From the NCBI GenBank assembly GCA_951406725.2, contig OX597828.1, forward strand, positions 29,202,001-29,266,000: a stretch of DNA of 64,000 nt, in the 5' to 3' direction. This DNA comes from Octopus vulgaris. Taxonomy: Eukaryota. Positions 50,285 to 63,610 of the stretch are shown here, piece after piece. The notes under the pieces were generated by a model. It had not been told where the DNA came from and made no database searches. It saw nothing but the letters and a program-made list of their open reading frames with translations. Position 1 is the first letter of the stretch, and each line of letters begins with the position of its first letter. A program made the translations under genes and the position numbers.

Positions 50285-50855
50285 CACCAAGCTTGCTTGG
50301 TGAGGGGGGTGTTTATTGGACACCCTGTGGGATGAAAAACAAAACCCATCAGAGGACGGAGGAACTCTTGAGAGTCAACGGCCGTCCAATAAAAGTGGAA
50401 TTAAGGCTGTATCATGCGCGGGGACATAGAAATAATGGGACTGAATACCCGGTCACGCATTTAAACCATTTGGGAGTGAAGGACTCCTAGCCTTTGTTAG
50501 GGCATCCTTCTAGGAGAAGGTAACACAGGTAACTGGGATAACTCCGACATAAAACCTGCGGCTCAGTGGTTACCGATGATGTCGACTTGTTCTTCTTTTC
50601 GGATTATGGCTGCTGTTGCTTAGTGAGTGGGATTGATTCAATGCACAGCCTTTCCTCACTTTAAAAAAAAGTCTTCTTGCACAGGCATTGCATGATAACG
50701 TTGTTCATGATTGTTGATGGTGCTGTGAGTCTCAACTGAATGGCTGGCTGTAGCCTTAAAAAGCAAATAAAAGTCACATTCGATCACAGCACCAGTAACA
50801 GTTGAGCTTCGTGCAATGGCCATACTCGATAATGAGGGGGCAGCCATCATGCATG
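50285..50855 (+). mobile_element. Non-autonomous RTE-derived element (5' UTR-like part joined to 3' tail)
   Basis: GGGCATCCTTCTAGGAGAAGG resembles RTE 5' UTRs and CTCGATAATGAGGGGGCAGCC plus simple repeat resembles RTE tails; no long ORF. Resemblance is from memory. Confidence 0.4.
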
Positions 50856-50950
50856 CATGCATGTATGTATGTATGTATGTATGTATGTATGTGTGTGTGT
50901 GTGTGCATGTATAAGTATACATTTGTATGTATATCACTATATATGTACAT

Positions 50951-50992
<42 letters not shown>

Positions 50993-52074
50993 CACATACA
51001 TACATACGTACATACATATGTACATTAATTAATTAATTAATTAATTAATTATGTGTATATCTGTACCTTATCTTTCACTAGTTTCAGTAATGAGACTGTA
51101 GCCATGCTGGGGCATCTCTTTGAAGGGTTTACTTAGACAAAGCCTCCCCCACTAGTGCTTATTAAGTTTGGTACTTATTCTGTTGGTCTTGTTTGCCAAA
51201 CCACTTTGTTCCAGGGATGTAAACAAACTGACACTGCTTGTCATCACCATCATTGTTTTTGTGTCCACTTTTCCTGACAGAATTCACTGGGGCAAATTTT
51301 CTACAGCCAGATGCTCTCCCTGCTGCCAACCCTTGCTTGTTTCTAAGCAAAGTAGTATTTCCCCATGGGTAAGGCGGTGAACTGGCAGAAACATTAACAT
51401 GCCGGGCGAAATACTTAGCAGTATTTTGTCCATCTTTATGCTCTGAGTTCAAATTTCAAGGTCAACTTTGCCTTTCATCCTTTCGGGGGTCTATAAATTA
51501 AGTACCAGTTGTGTACTGTGGTCAATCTAATCGATTGGCCCCTTCCCCCAAAATTTCAGGCCTTATGCCTAGAGTAGAAAAGAATATTTCCTCATGGGTG
51601 GCCATGTTTACCCAGAAAATTGTAATTGGGAGCCATCACTTGAATGAGGGTAACACTTGCTTACAATTATTGTGTGCTGTTAAGTCAAGGTCATTCACAC
51701 ACATGCACAAAATTCATGCTATCTGTTAATTAATAAACAAAACCAGCTGATCCAGATGACAGTTCTGAGAGTCAAAGCGAAAGATCACCCCAAGGGAATA
51801 CCATTACAATATATTTTTCAAGTGCATTCAACGTATCTCAGCTCCAAAGATTTGGCTGCTTTTTCTTGCACAACCTGCTACCACGTAATAGCTTTTGCGA
51901 TAAAAGACCCGAAATACCTGTTACATGGTAGCAGGGCATGCAAGAAATAGCAGCCAAAGGTGAAAGGTGCCATTTGTGCATGATTTCGATGTCACGTTGA
52001 AAGCATGCGAAATATCCTGCAAAAGAATGTCTTATATATGTGTGTTTGTGTGTGTGTGTGTAGATATATATATA

Positions 52075-52476
52075 TCTTTATATATAAAAGTGAAGTTGTG
52101 TGCGTGTCTGTCTCCTACAATTTAGATTCCTAACTACTCCCACATTTTGCGGTGCAGTTTAACCAAAAGCGGGTATCTTATAGTCGTGATTCATATCGAG
52201 CCCTTCTGGGTATTAGCGCGCGTCTACGATGAGTCTACGATTTAAAAAAAAATTTACCATCATTTTTTTTTCATTTTAATGCATTTTTCGCTATTATATA
52301 AGGGAAGTAACTCTCTAAAAATGTTTATGATGAGTCAACGATTTAAAAAAAAAATTACCATAATTTTTTTTCCATTTTTAATGCATTTTTTTGCTATTTT
52401 TTGGCTATAACTCTCTAAAAATGCTTATATAGTTATTTCTCTTACAAACCCGAGCAACGCCGAGCGATACTGCTAG
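52075..52476 (+). mobile_element. Non-autonomous Helitron
   Basis: Shares 5' about 190 bp and 3' about 70 bp with 17997-18509; A|TC ... CTAG|T. Confidence 0.82.
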
Positions 52477-52662
52477 TTATGTCATAAAAATTCTTCCCTA
52501 GAATCCTATGAATATTATATTGCTTTTAAATAAAACCATGCAAATTCTACATAATTGAAATATGTCATTTTTGTGTTTTTTCTCTTTTTCTGTTTGATTT
52601 GGAAAAGTCATTAATTTAATGGTGAGAAATAAAATTTATGTATTATTTGCCTCTTTCTTTAG

Positions 52663-52794
52663 GATAACTTATTTGAGTGGCATTTCACAATTCGTGGTCC
52701 AATTGATACGGATTTTGATGGTGGAATTTTCCATGGCCGTATTGTTCTTCCACCAGATTACCCCATGAAACCTCCCAGTATTATTATTTTGACT
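52663..52794 (+). CDS. UBE2J1: UBE2J1 coding exon 3
   Basis: ttctttag|...|gtaagt, 132 nt; DNLFEWHFTIRGPIDTDFDGGIFHGRIVLPPDYPMKPPSIIILT (UBC fold). Confidence 0.97.
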
Positions 52795-53092
52795 GTAAGT
52801 TAATTATGCTTTTTTTTTTTAATTTCTCATTTTTTAATAAGGATACTTGAACGTATCCTGTGACTGGCCCCCCAATGCCAGTGGCATGTAAAAAAACACT
52901 GTCTGAACATGTTATCTCAAGAATTGCTGGATGGATTCAGATGAAACTTTCAGGGATATTTGAAGCAGATCCTATGTGGACAGCTACAAAACTTCACACA
53001 ACTCAAGAATGTTTCTAAGAACTAAAACAAGCATATTTTGTAAGCTTTTTACTGAGTCATTTGAAAAGCTAATATATTTCATGTATATTTAA

Positions 53093-53313
53093 CCCTTTAG
53101 CATTTAAACCGGCCGTATCCGGCCAAAAGTATTCTGCCTGTTTTATGTTCAAACTGGCCAGATCTGGTCTCTCACACCAACCCTACAATATCGTTTTAAA
53201 AATTAACAGCTACCTCATCAAAATCTCATAGCTCCAAGATAATGCCTGATTAGTTCAAGGTAATGTGGATAAAAAAGGATTAATTTTGGCAGAATAATGC
53301 GAACACTAAAGGG
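53093..53313. mobile_element. piggyBac-like MITE
   Basis: TTAA-CCCTTTAG...CTAAAGGG-TTAA. Partial relatives end near 6100 and 41985. Confidence 0.72.
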
Positions 53314-54208
53314 TTAAGGCAGTGAGCTGGCGGAAAGATTAGCACGCTGGGCGAAATGCTTAGCGGTATGTTGTCTGTCTTTATGTTCTGAGTTCAAATT
53401 CCGCTGAGGCCGACTTTGCCTTTCATCCTTTCAGGGTCAATAAATTAAGTACCAGTTGCGTACTGGGGTTGATCTAATCGAATGGCCCCCCTCCCTTCAA
53501 ATTTCGAGCCTTGTGCTTAGACCAGAAAAGAATATATTTGATGTGTAACTCCCACTGTAAAGTGCCAGAGGTGGAATTTGAACTCGGGACCTGAACACAG
53601 ACCAAATGCTGCTAAGCATTTCATTTAGTGTGTTAATGGTTCTGCCATCTCATAATCTAAAAATATATATGTATAATAATAATAATAATAATAACAAGAG
53701 CACTCTGAGAGCGTAAATCTTCACCAAGGCAACGTATTCTTAATGATTAGCCAGAGACGATTTTTAAAAATCTGAAATAAACTTGACTGCTCTCACAAAC
53801 GAGAATATTAAAAATGAACCTGATCACTCTCAAAAATTAAGTAAAAAAAATAAACAGGAAAAACAATCCAGAATCCTTGTCCGGTACCAGATCGATCCCA
53901 AGATCTAATCAGTTTGTGCCAGTCATGAGGCCAAACATCCCTGAAAGGTTCATCTGAATCCATCCAGCGGTTCTTGAGATATCTTGTCCACGGACAAACA
54001 AACAAACAAACACAACAGAAAACAATACCTCTGCCTTTGCTAAGGTGGAGGTAATAATAATGGTTTCTAATTTAGGTGCAAGGCCAGCAGTTTTGAGCAT
54101 TTTTATGTGGGACTGGCACAAGACTCTTGCAGGCCAATCCCCTTCACCAGGAGTAGTGGCTTAAACACTTCTCCTGTGGAGTACAGGGTCAAGATAATAT
54201 GAAATTAT

Positions 54209-54210
<2 letters not shown>

Positions 54211-54265
<55 letters not shown>
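54211..54265. repeat. (CAT)n microsatellite, expanded SINE tail
   Basis: Direct reading; contiguous with the family C 3' end on the minus strand. Confidence 0.93.
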
Positions 54266-54759
54266 GTTTAATGACTGTTGTCCATGCTGGCATGGGTTGG
54301 ATGGTTTGACCAGGGCTGGTAAGCTGAGGGGCTGCACCAGACTGGAGTCTGATTTGGCATGATTTCTATACCTGGATGCCCTTCCTAATGCCAGCCACTC
54401 TGAGAGTGTAATAGGTACTTTATGTGCCACCGGCATGGGTGCCAGTTGTATGACACCAGTAACAGTCACGATTATGATTTTACTTGACTTGATGCATCTT
54501 CTTCTCAAGCACAGCATATTGCCAAGGGTCTTGGTCATTTGTCTTTGCCTCATGTGAGGCCCAACACTCAAATGGTGCTTTTTATGTGCCACTGGCATGG
54601 GAGGCAGTTATGTGACACCAGCATTGGCTACATTGCCTTTGTGAGGCCCAGTGCTTGAATGGTGCTTCTTACATGTCACTAGCACAGGTGCAATGTGACA
54701 CTGGCATTGACCTTGACTGTGATGATTTCATTTGGCTTGATGGGTCTTCTCAAGCACAG

Positions 54760-55320
54760 CAAATCATCAACAGTCTTCGTCACGAGTCATTGCCTCCTTG
54801 AGGCCCAACATTCGAAGATCATGCTTCACCATTTTGTTCCATGTCTTCCTGGGTCTACCTCTACTACAGGTTCCCTCCGCAATTAGAGATTGGCACTTCT
54901 TTATACAGCTGTCATCATCCATATGCATCACATGACCATACCAATGCATTCATCTCTCTTGTACACCACACCTGATGCCTCTTATGCCCAACTTTTCTTT
55001 CAAGCGCTCACATTCTGTTGAACATGCACACTGATATTGCACATCCAGCAAAGCATACTAACTTCATTTCTTTCAAGCCTATGCATATCCTCACTGATCA
55101 CAGCCCATGTTTCACTGCCGTGTAGCATAGCTGTTCACATACAGTCATCATACAGTCTGCCTTTCACTCTGAGGGAGAGGTCCTTTGTTGCCAACAAAGG
55201 TAGAAGCTCTCTGAACTTTGCCCAGTCTATTCTTATTCTCGCAGCTACATTCTTGGAGGATCCACCTCTGCTACTCATTGGGTCACCTAAATAACGGAAG
55301 CTATCAACCACTTCTAGCTT
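54760..55320 (-). mobile_element. Decayed RTE LINE fragment
   Basis: WYGHVMHMDDDSCIKK...RGRPRKTWNKMVKHDL motif; upstream VDSFRYLG-like RT thumb segment near 55300. Confidence 0.8.
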
Positions 55321-56149
55321 TCATAGTTATTCATAACAAAATAAGTAAAAAGAAGTAGATCTATTGTATGTATGTATGTAATTTGTGCTTGATATGATTC
55401 GAAATTACAACTCATGGTTCAAACCTTTTGTTGAATATGACATTAGCACATTAAGAGGGTGAGAAACTATCTCACTGAGCAGAGTGATATCATTTCATGT
55501 GCATTGCTGGGTAGCTGTGGTCTGAGGGTGGATTTGTCAGATCTTATAATCATTAGCTAAAATTTTTAGAACTTTCTGTCTAGCTGTTTTGCAGGAAAAC
55601 ACAAACTTCATTTGGAGTTTGCCACATCAACTTTAAGCCATCATCATCATCATTTAATGTCTGCTTTCCATGCTAGCATGGGTTGGACGGTTCAACTGGG
55701 GTCTGGGGAGCCCGAAGGCTGCACCAGGCCAGTCAGATCTGGCAGTGTTTCTACAGCTAGATGCCCTTCCTAACGCCAACCACTCCGAGAGTGTAGTGGG
55801 TGATTTTATGTGCCACCGACACAGGTGCCAGACGAGGCTGGCGAACGGCCACGCTCGGATGGTGTTTTTATGTGCCACCGACACAGGTGCCAGACGAAGC
55901 TGGCTCTGGTGCTGATTAGTCAAGCTATATTTGTAATGCCTTTTATGGTAACACATTGCCTTTTATGGTAGTATGCTATGTTGTGATCCTGCACTGGGAA
56001 AATCTGAGAATGATAGTTCAAAACCCAGCAGGAACTTTGCTTCAGGAGAAGAAATGCCATCAAGTCATTCAAGCATAGAACTACCAATTAAAAAAAAAAA
56101 ACCAAATAAAAAATCAGTCCTCATTTGTATAGATACACAGTTATGCTGT

Positions 56150-56192
<43 letters not shown>

Positions 56193-56603
56193 GTTCACTT
56201 GACATACTTCCTTATACTTCTCTTTATATACATTTCGCATTCATATTATCATGCTTATACACACATTATTCATGCATGCCTAATACTTGCAGCTGATCAC
56301 ATGCACAAATGCTCATTTGCTGTCACATTCTTATACAAGCACTAATGTTTGCACCACACACACTCTCTCTCTCTCTCGCTCTCACTCTCTCTCACACACA
56401 AACACACACACACATGCATGCACGCACACACACATCGTGCTAATATTTATTCATACACATTCTCAGAACCTCAAACACGATCATCTTCTCATTCATGTAC
56501 ACATTCTTAAAAATCTTTCCCTTTCCTCTTATTTTTCTCTGTTTGAATTCCTATTTCTGTCTTCTTTTCTTTTTCTTTACATTTCTCTTTCTCTCTTTCC
56601 TGA

Positions 56604-56640
<37 letters not shown>

Positions 56641-56940
56641 CACTCTTTCCCTGCCCTGATCTCGATCTACATATCATCACACTGTTTCGCTTTCTGCCTT
56701 TTCTCTCTCTCCCTCTCTCACTCTCACCAGATTCTTCCTCTTTATTTTTCTCTCTCTCATCAAACTATTTCCATCTTTTTTCACTTCTTTCTCATCACAC
56801 TTGTTTTCTATCGCAATTTTTTTCTTTCTCTCTTCACATTTCTTCACCATTTTTTCTTCTGCCTTTCCACTCCATTTCTTCTTTCTCGTTCATTAATATT
56901 GATTTCTCATCTAATAATATCAATTTCTTCTTTCTTTCAG

Positions 56941-57025
56941 CCCAATGGTCGTTTCGAAGTTAACAAAAAGATCTGTTTGAGTATATCTGGTCATCACCCA
57001 GAATCATGGCAACCGTCTTGGTCAA
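56941..57025 (+). CDS. UBE2J1: UBE2J1 coding exon 4 (catalytic Cys)
   Basis: ttctttcag|...|gtaggt, 85 nt; PNGRFEVNKKICLSISGHHPESWQPSWS with the Ubc6-type (T/P)NGRF motif and active-site Cys at residue 91 of the joined protein. Confidence 0.97.
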
Positions 57026-57185
57026 GTAGGTTTGATTTGTGAAATTCATGCTGAACCGCTCGTTAGCAGATCACTCTTAATTAAATTTGCTTTCAATTTT
57101 CTCTTTCATCCATTCATATAATAACTTTGTTTTCCTTCTACTTTCCATTAGTTGAAAGCATCATCGCTTCTCTTTGTATGATATA

Positions 57186-57940
57186 TATTGGGTCATACCA
57201 TAAATAATGCAGCTTTTTCAGTTGCATGAACTAAAAGTTGGAGGGGAGACAGGATAAACTACCTGCATCAACTTGCTATAAAGGCAGGTAGTAATTTTAC
57301 CTTGTATTTATTCTTAGTGCAAGTTTTGAAGAGTGCAGTTCGATTTTAAATTATTTTTTTCAAAGCTATAATGGAAGTGACAAAGGAGTATATTCAACAT
57401 ATTTTGCTTTATGAGTTCAATAAAGGCAACAGCACAACGGCAAGTGCGAGGAATATTAATGCAGTATATGGGGATCAGTATATAGGGATAATAAGCATAA
57501 GCTAGTGTTAATGGTGGTTCCAGAAATTCCGAGCCGGAAACTACAGCCTAAAAGACGAATCTCATCCTGGAAGATCTGTAGAGCTCAATGAGTATGTCTT
57601 GCAAACCCTGGTGGAACAAAATCTCATTGTAAGTATTGAGGAACTAGCAGAGAAGCTTGGATTTGGTCATTCAATCATTCATCAACACCTGCATGCCATT
57701 AGAAAAGTCAGCAAATTGGATCAGTGGTTTCCTCACAAACTTTCCGAGTCTAATCGTGCACAGAGGGTGAATGTGTGCTCTTCTTTACTGTCACATCCTG
57801 CGAATGAACCCTTTTTGGACTGAATAGTGACTGGTGATGAGAAATGGGTTCTCTATAAACGATAACAAAGGAGATCTATTGTGAGCAGCTTGAGTGGCTT
57901 AAGTCAGCACTAGAAGAAGAACGACCTGCTTTGGTTTCAA
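57186..57940 (+). mobile_element. Decayed mariner, 5' half (same family as 34057)
   Basis: Same TIR at 57186; MEVTKEYIQHILLYEFNKG from 57371, WFPHKL (WVPHEL-like) and IVTGDEKWV; in-frame stops. Confidence 0.88.
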
Positions 57941-59120
57941 GTCAATGCTCCACCCATCATATTCTTTTCCACTCTAGGCACAAGGCCCGAAATTTTTGGA
58001 GATGGGACCAGTTGATTAGATCGCCCCCAGTATGCAACTTATACTTAATTTATCGACCCCGGAAAGATAAAAGGCAAATCAAAATCATAATCGATCAACA
58101 TCAATGGAATTTGTAGCTGTGATACCAGTGCCGGTGGCACGTAAGAGAGCCATCCAAATGTGGCCGTAGCCAGCACTGCCCTGACTGACCTCCGTGCTGG
58201 TGGCACGTAAAAAGCACCATCCGATTGTGGCCGTTTGCCAGCCTCGTCTGGCACCTGTGCCGGTGGCACTTAAAAAGCACCCACTACACTCATGGAGTGG
58301 TTGGCGTTAGGAAGGGCATCAAGCTGTAGAAACACTGCCAGATCAGACTGGGCCTGGTGCAGCCTTCTGGCTTCCCAGACCCCAGTTGAACCGTCCAACC
58401 CATGCTAGCATGGAAAGCGAACGTTAAACGATGTGATGATGATATATATATATATATATATCAGGTGGTGAGCAGGCAGAATGGTTAATATGCCAGGCAG
58501 AATGGTTAGCAACATTTTGTCTGTCTTAATGTTCTGAGTTCAAATTCCACCAAGGTCGACTTTGCTTTTCATCTTTTTGGGGTCGATAGAATAAGTACCA
58601 GTTATGCACTGGGGTCAATGTAATCGACTTACTCCCTACCCTGAGATTGCTGGCCTTGTGCCAAAATATGAAACAAATATATATATATATATATATGTAT
58701 ATATGTGTGTATGTATGTATGCATGGTCGCAGAGCAAGACATGCAAGGAATGAGGAAACTGACAAAATTTATATGCTGCGAGCAAATCCAAAGTAATTCC
58801 ACACACACCCACCCTCACTCCCACTCCCATCTTCCCAGATGTGGCAATTCCATGATTGGGAATTATATAACACCCCTCCCACTTCTCTGTTGAATTAATT
58901 TGCATAATACTTTTACCTCATTGATTAACAGTGCCACTATATTTGTTGATTAATATCTCTTAATCTTTTAATTAATACTGCTCAGCTACTCTATTAATAA
59001 ATGTCTTTTCTCTGAATTGATAATCTTAACAATGTCAACTTATATTTCCATTTGTTAATTAATATCCCTAGTCTGTTAGCTAATACTGTAACTTTGTCAC
59101 AATATATATACATATTTATA

Positions 59121-59490
59121 TAGGCGCAGGAGTGGCTGTGTGGTAAGTAGCTTGCTTACCAACCACATGGTTCCGGGTTCAGTCCCACTGCGTGGCATCT
59201 TGGGCAAGTGTCTTCTACTATAGCCTCGGACCGACCAATGCCTTGTGAGTGGATTTGGTAGACGGAAACTGAAAGAAGCCTGTCTTATATATGTATATAT
59301 ATATATGTATGTGTGTGTATGTGTTTGTCCTCCTCGCATTGCTTGACAACCGATGCTCGTGTGTTTACGTCTCTGTCACTTAGCGGTTCAACAAAAGTGA
59401 CCGATAGAATAAGTACTGGGCTTGCAAAGAATAAGTCCCGGGGTCGATTTGCTTGACTAAAGGCGGTGCTCCAGCATGGCCGCAGTCAAA
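59121..59490 (+). mobile_element. SINE family B
   Basis: High similarity to 29382-29778; flanked by repeated ATACTGTAACTTTGTCA near 59083 and 59490. Confidence 0.8.
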
Positions 59491-60778
59491 TACTGTAACT
59501 TTGTCATGATATATATATACATATATATGTGTGTCTGTGTGTTTATGTGTTCCCCACTGCTGTTTGGCATCCAGTGTTGGTTTGTCTATGACCTTGTAAC
59601 TTCGTGGTATGAAAATAAATACCAAACTTTAAAAAAAATAAGTACTGGTGTTGATTTGCTTGACTAAACTTTTTAAAGTGTTGCCCCAGCATGGCCTGAA
59701 AAAAGTAAGAGGCACACCTAATGCCAGCCTAATAAATTCACTTCACATTTGATCTGATCTGATCTGATTTTGCCACAAACAAAACCATCGGAGATGTCTG
59801 GGAGACAGAAACTGTGTGGAAGTGTATCAGATGTTTGTCTTTTTTTTTGTGTGTGTGTGTTTTACTTGTTTCAGTCATTGGATAGCGCCCATGCTGGGGC
59901 ACCACCTTGAAGGGTTTTAGTCAAACAAATCAACTGCAGGTCTTGGTGTTCTAAGCCTGGGGCTTATTCTATTGGTCCCTTATTACCGAACTGCTAAGAG
60001 ATGGGAGACATAAACAAACTGATTCCAGTTGTCAAGAAGGATGCACGCACTGGGCTTCTTTCAGTTTCCATCTGCCTAATCCACTCACAAGGCTTTGGTT
60101 GGCCTGGAGCTATAGTAGAAGGCACTTGCTCAAGGTGCCATGCAGTGGGACTGAACCTGGAACCATGTGGTTGGGAAGCAACCACATGATGCTGCTGCAT
60201 GGCATTTTGGGCAAATGTCATTTACTATAGCTCTGGGTTGACCCATACTTTGTGAGTAAAATTGAGAACCTGTATTGAGCCTATTGCTTGGATTGTGTCC
60301 ATAATGTAAAAGGTACAGCCTTGTCACAAACCTCGTCACAAAGATTCTGCTTGTGAATTACATTAAGGGTATACTTACATATTAATTCAGGAGCAGATAA
60401 TTCAGTCGAAGTCAAACAACTGAATCCTCATTGCTGCATGACAAATTTGGAAGAATGTAGAATAAAAATACTCTTTTGTATTCAGTTACATCTTTTTACA
60501 CTGATGGTAATTTTACTTTCACCTTTCCGATGTTGATAAAATGTATACTGAAGTACTGGGGTCAGTAGAATTGATTGAAACTGTTGATGGCGGTTCTTCT
60601 TGGTATGGTCACAATCCATTGACAGAAACCATTCAAAGAACAAAAAAATATTTAACTTTTTACAGTTAAGTATTTTCTTTTGAGTTGGCTGCTGGGACCA
60701 CTTGTATGGTTTTGGTTCAGGCATTGACAGCTGAATGGCCCCAATGTGTGTATGTGTGTGTGTGTGCGCGCACGTATA

Positions 60779-61015
60779 CAGGGTGCAGCAGAAAGGTTGC
60801 CCAAATTTCAAAGGTTAATAAAAAACAAACACATGAAGATACAAGAAAAAACGATGCTCTCCACCCCCAGGCCATGGTGGATACTACCTGAAACTAAAAA
60901 AAAAAAAAAAAAAAAAAAAAGGTATTTAATGAACTTCATAGAAATACAAAATTTTTTCATGCATCTTCATGTTTATTAACCTTTGAAATTGGGGCAAAAT
61001 TTCTGCTGTCCCCTG
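60779..61015. mobile_element. Tc1/mariner-type MITE
   Basis: TA-CAGGGTGCAGCAGAAA..AATTTCAAAGGTTAATAAA arm with inverted copy ending CCCTG-TA. Confidence 0.75.
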
Positions 61016-61223
61016 TATAGTTTTGTTGGTCATAATTATTCATACCAGTAAATTCCTGACAAAGAATCTAATTTTTATCTCATGAAGAGTTTTTCGTTTA
61101 TGTGTTTGGAATTTATTAGACTCTGAAACAATTTGTAGAATGTACATTGGTTCTATACCAACTTGGATTATGAATTGTTTTAAAGTTTGTCTACATTTAC
61201 AATTTTTCCTTTCCTTATACTTC

Positions 61224-61282
<59 letters not shown>

Positions 61283-61707
61283 TACATACATATATCTTAT
61301 TATGTGTAGATGTATAAGTATATATGTATGTATAGAATACATATATCTATATAGGTAATAGGTATATCTATATAGATGTATATATATACATATACATATA
61401 AATTAAATTAGAGATAAAACCACTATTATGCAAATCAAACAGTGAAAAACATAAACCAAAACATAAAAATAAAAATAATTAATATAATATACAAAATATA
61501 TAAAATTTAAAAATTAAAATTATTTAAATTTAAAATTAAAATTATTAATTTATATTTATAAATTTTTATATATATATATATATATTTAAAAAATATTTAT
61601 TTATTATTATTATTATTATTTAAAAATATATATATATATATATCAAAAAGTATTAAAAAGTTATATATATATATACATACATACATACATACATATATGT
61701 ATGTATG

Positions 61708-61741
<34 letters not shown>

Positions 61742-61924
61742 TGTATGTATGTATGTACGTACTGGGATCAATATGTTCAACCGAACCCTCGACTCCAGTG
61801 ACTGACACAAATAAAAGAGAAAAGATGAAAGTTTAGCTAATGGAATCTTGATTTTATTGACTTTCCTGCGGCCTTTCAGAAATACTCAGCCTTACACGTT
61901 TGCATTTGTTTATCTCTTTTCCAG

Positions 61925-62030
61925 TTCGTACTGCATTGTTAGCCATAATAGGATTTATGCCTACTCATGGGGCTGGTGCTATTGGATCCCTTGATTACAC
62001 AACTGATGAACGGAAAGTACTTTCTAAAAA
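61925..62030 (+). CDS. UBE2J1: UBE2J1 coding exon 5
   Basis: ttttccag|...|gtaagt, 106 nt; (I)RTALLAIIGFMPTHGAGAIGSLDYTTDERKVLSK(K). Confidence 0.97.
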
Positions 62031-62474
62031 GTAAGTTGTCAAGGGGAAGTTACTCTAGGTCTTTCTTGACTCTTTTTTTTATAAAGGGGAAGTAACTCGA
62101 AGAGGACGCGGGTAATCCAAGTTTTTTTAAAAGATTTAATAACAGAGTGATCCATCGCCCTATTCTCAGCAAACATTTATTTATTTGCAAAAAACTATGG
62201 TTGACACCTAGAAAAGTTTCCGAATTTTACTTGAGATTTGCTTTTACTTGAGAACATATAGTAATTAATGATAATGGTTATGGTGCAGCAATTGTAGATA
62301 ATTGTAGGATAAATTTGCTTTTTAATAAGTAGTAGTAGTAGTAGTAGTAAGAGGACATGCACTGTAATCATGTGTTGCTACATCCACCATTTGATGGTGA
62401 TTCCTTATTTCTGGTGGATGACTGGCACCACTCAGGTGGCAACCCACCAACCCAAGAGTCTGTTCGGGTAGTCA

Positions 62475-62852
62475 TTGAAGAAGCTTGAGAGGCAGTTGGA
62501 TGGAACCTATACTCGCCTCCTTATGAGAGCTCAAAATCTCTCGTGGAAGCGCCATCCAACCAAAATGCAAATATATTGGAAACTACCACCTGTGTCATCT
62601 CTTGTGAAAGGTAGGAGAGTCCAGTTTGCTGGACATTGTTGTAGAGCTGAAAAAGAAGTAATTTCTACTCTCCTCCTCTGGAAGCCATCTACTCGCAATA
62701 CCAGAGGGCGCACACTCTCCTACCCTGATGTAATCTCCAGGGATACAGGCATCCAGCAACAGGACCTCCGTAATGCTCTGATGGACCGTGAAGTCTGGCG
62801 TAACATAGTAAATTCCATTGTCTCGACCACGGTCGAACAATGTTGATGATGA
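62475..62852 (+). mobile_element. RTE-clade LINE 3' fragment
   Basis: ...LDGTYTRLLMRAQNLSW...RRVQFAGHCCR...RGRTLSY...DREVWR is an RTE-type ORF end; (TGA)n tail. A shorter copy is at 7073-7235. Confidence 0.82.
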
Positions 62853-63489
62853 GTCATTGTTGGTGAGGATTTTACAAGGTCAGAATTCGAATCCTATCTC
62901 AACCTTGTTTAGTCCCCTTTTGTGAGACTCAGAAGAAACGTTGGGTCTGTTCTTTGACACACTGGTCTCCAATGTTAATTTATTTATTAAGTAATTGTTA
63001 TTCAAATCCGATTTTTCAACTTGTTCTTGTTGCTGCTTAATCCTGATGGAGCAATCAGGTCAAGGCGATGCTGTAGCATGGTCACAGTTCAGTGACTGAG
63101 ACAAGTAAAAGATAAAAGAAAGTCAAGGCCTCTCCAGCCATAGCCATCCAATGGGAACAACATTATTTAATGTACTCTTTATCTTTTAAGATGGTTAGTT
63201 ATGGTTTAAGGAAAACTTGGCTGCTCTTTTGACAACAGGGTACTTCTCTCGTTCACTGTGTCAGAGGTGACCATTCCACCCTTTTACTAAATGCAATGTA
63301 TTTAGGGCCCCATTATTCCTTCTTTAGATCATTAAAGTGTAATTCAGGTGCTATATTTACAAGATAGAGTGGGGCCTCTTAGGGTAACCAAGGGACATAA
63401 AAGGGGTTAGTAGTTTGTGCAGGGAATGGAATTTTGGTGATTATTATGTAAAGTTTGCATTTCTTTAAAAAATGATTTCGTCGCTGCAG

Positions 63490-63610
63490 GTCCCTGTGCT
63501 GGAAATGTCCTGTGTGTGGTTCTGTAAATAATGTGTTGAAATCCTTAACTGATGCTTCCAAGAAAACCAGTGAAGAAGCTAAAGATTTAGCTTCAAAGAT
63601 TAATTTTCAG
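63490..63610 (+). CDS. UBE2J1: UBE2J1 coding exon 6
   Basis: ctgcag|...CAG|gtgaga, 121 nt, phase 2/0; SLCWKCPVCGSVNNVLKSLTDASKKTSEEAKDLASKINFQ, cf. human SQDFCCEGCGS...EAKELARQISFK. Tail-anchor exons lie beyond the window. Confidence 0.93.

Noticed and set aside
54120-54190. HDV-like ribozyme (hairpin followed by TGAAGGGG on the minus strand; similar at 50285)
   Set aside because: Could not assign P1, P1.1 and P3, and the catalytic C position reads T.
56287-56940. 251-aa ORF upstream of UBE2J1 exon 4
   Set aside because: Stop-poor CT/CA low-complexity intron; only 56941-57025 is exon.
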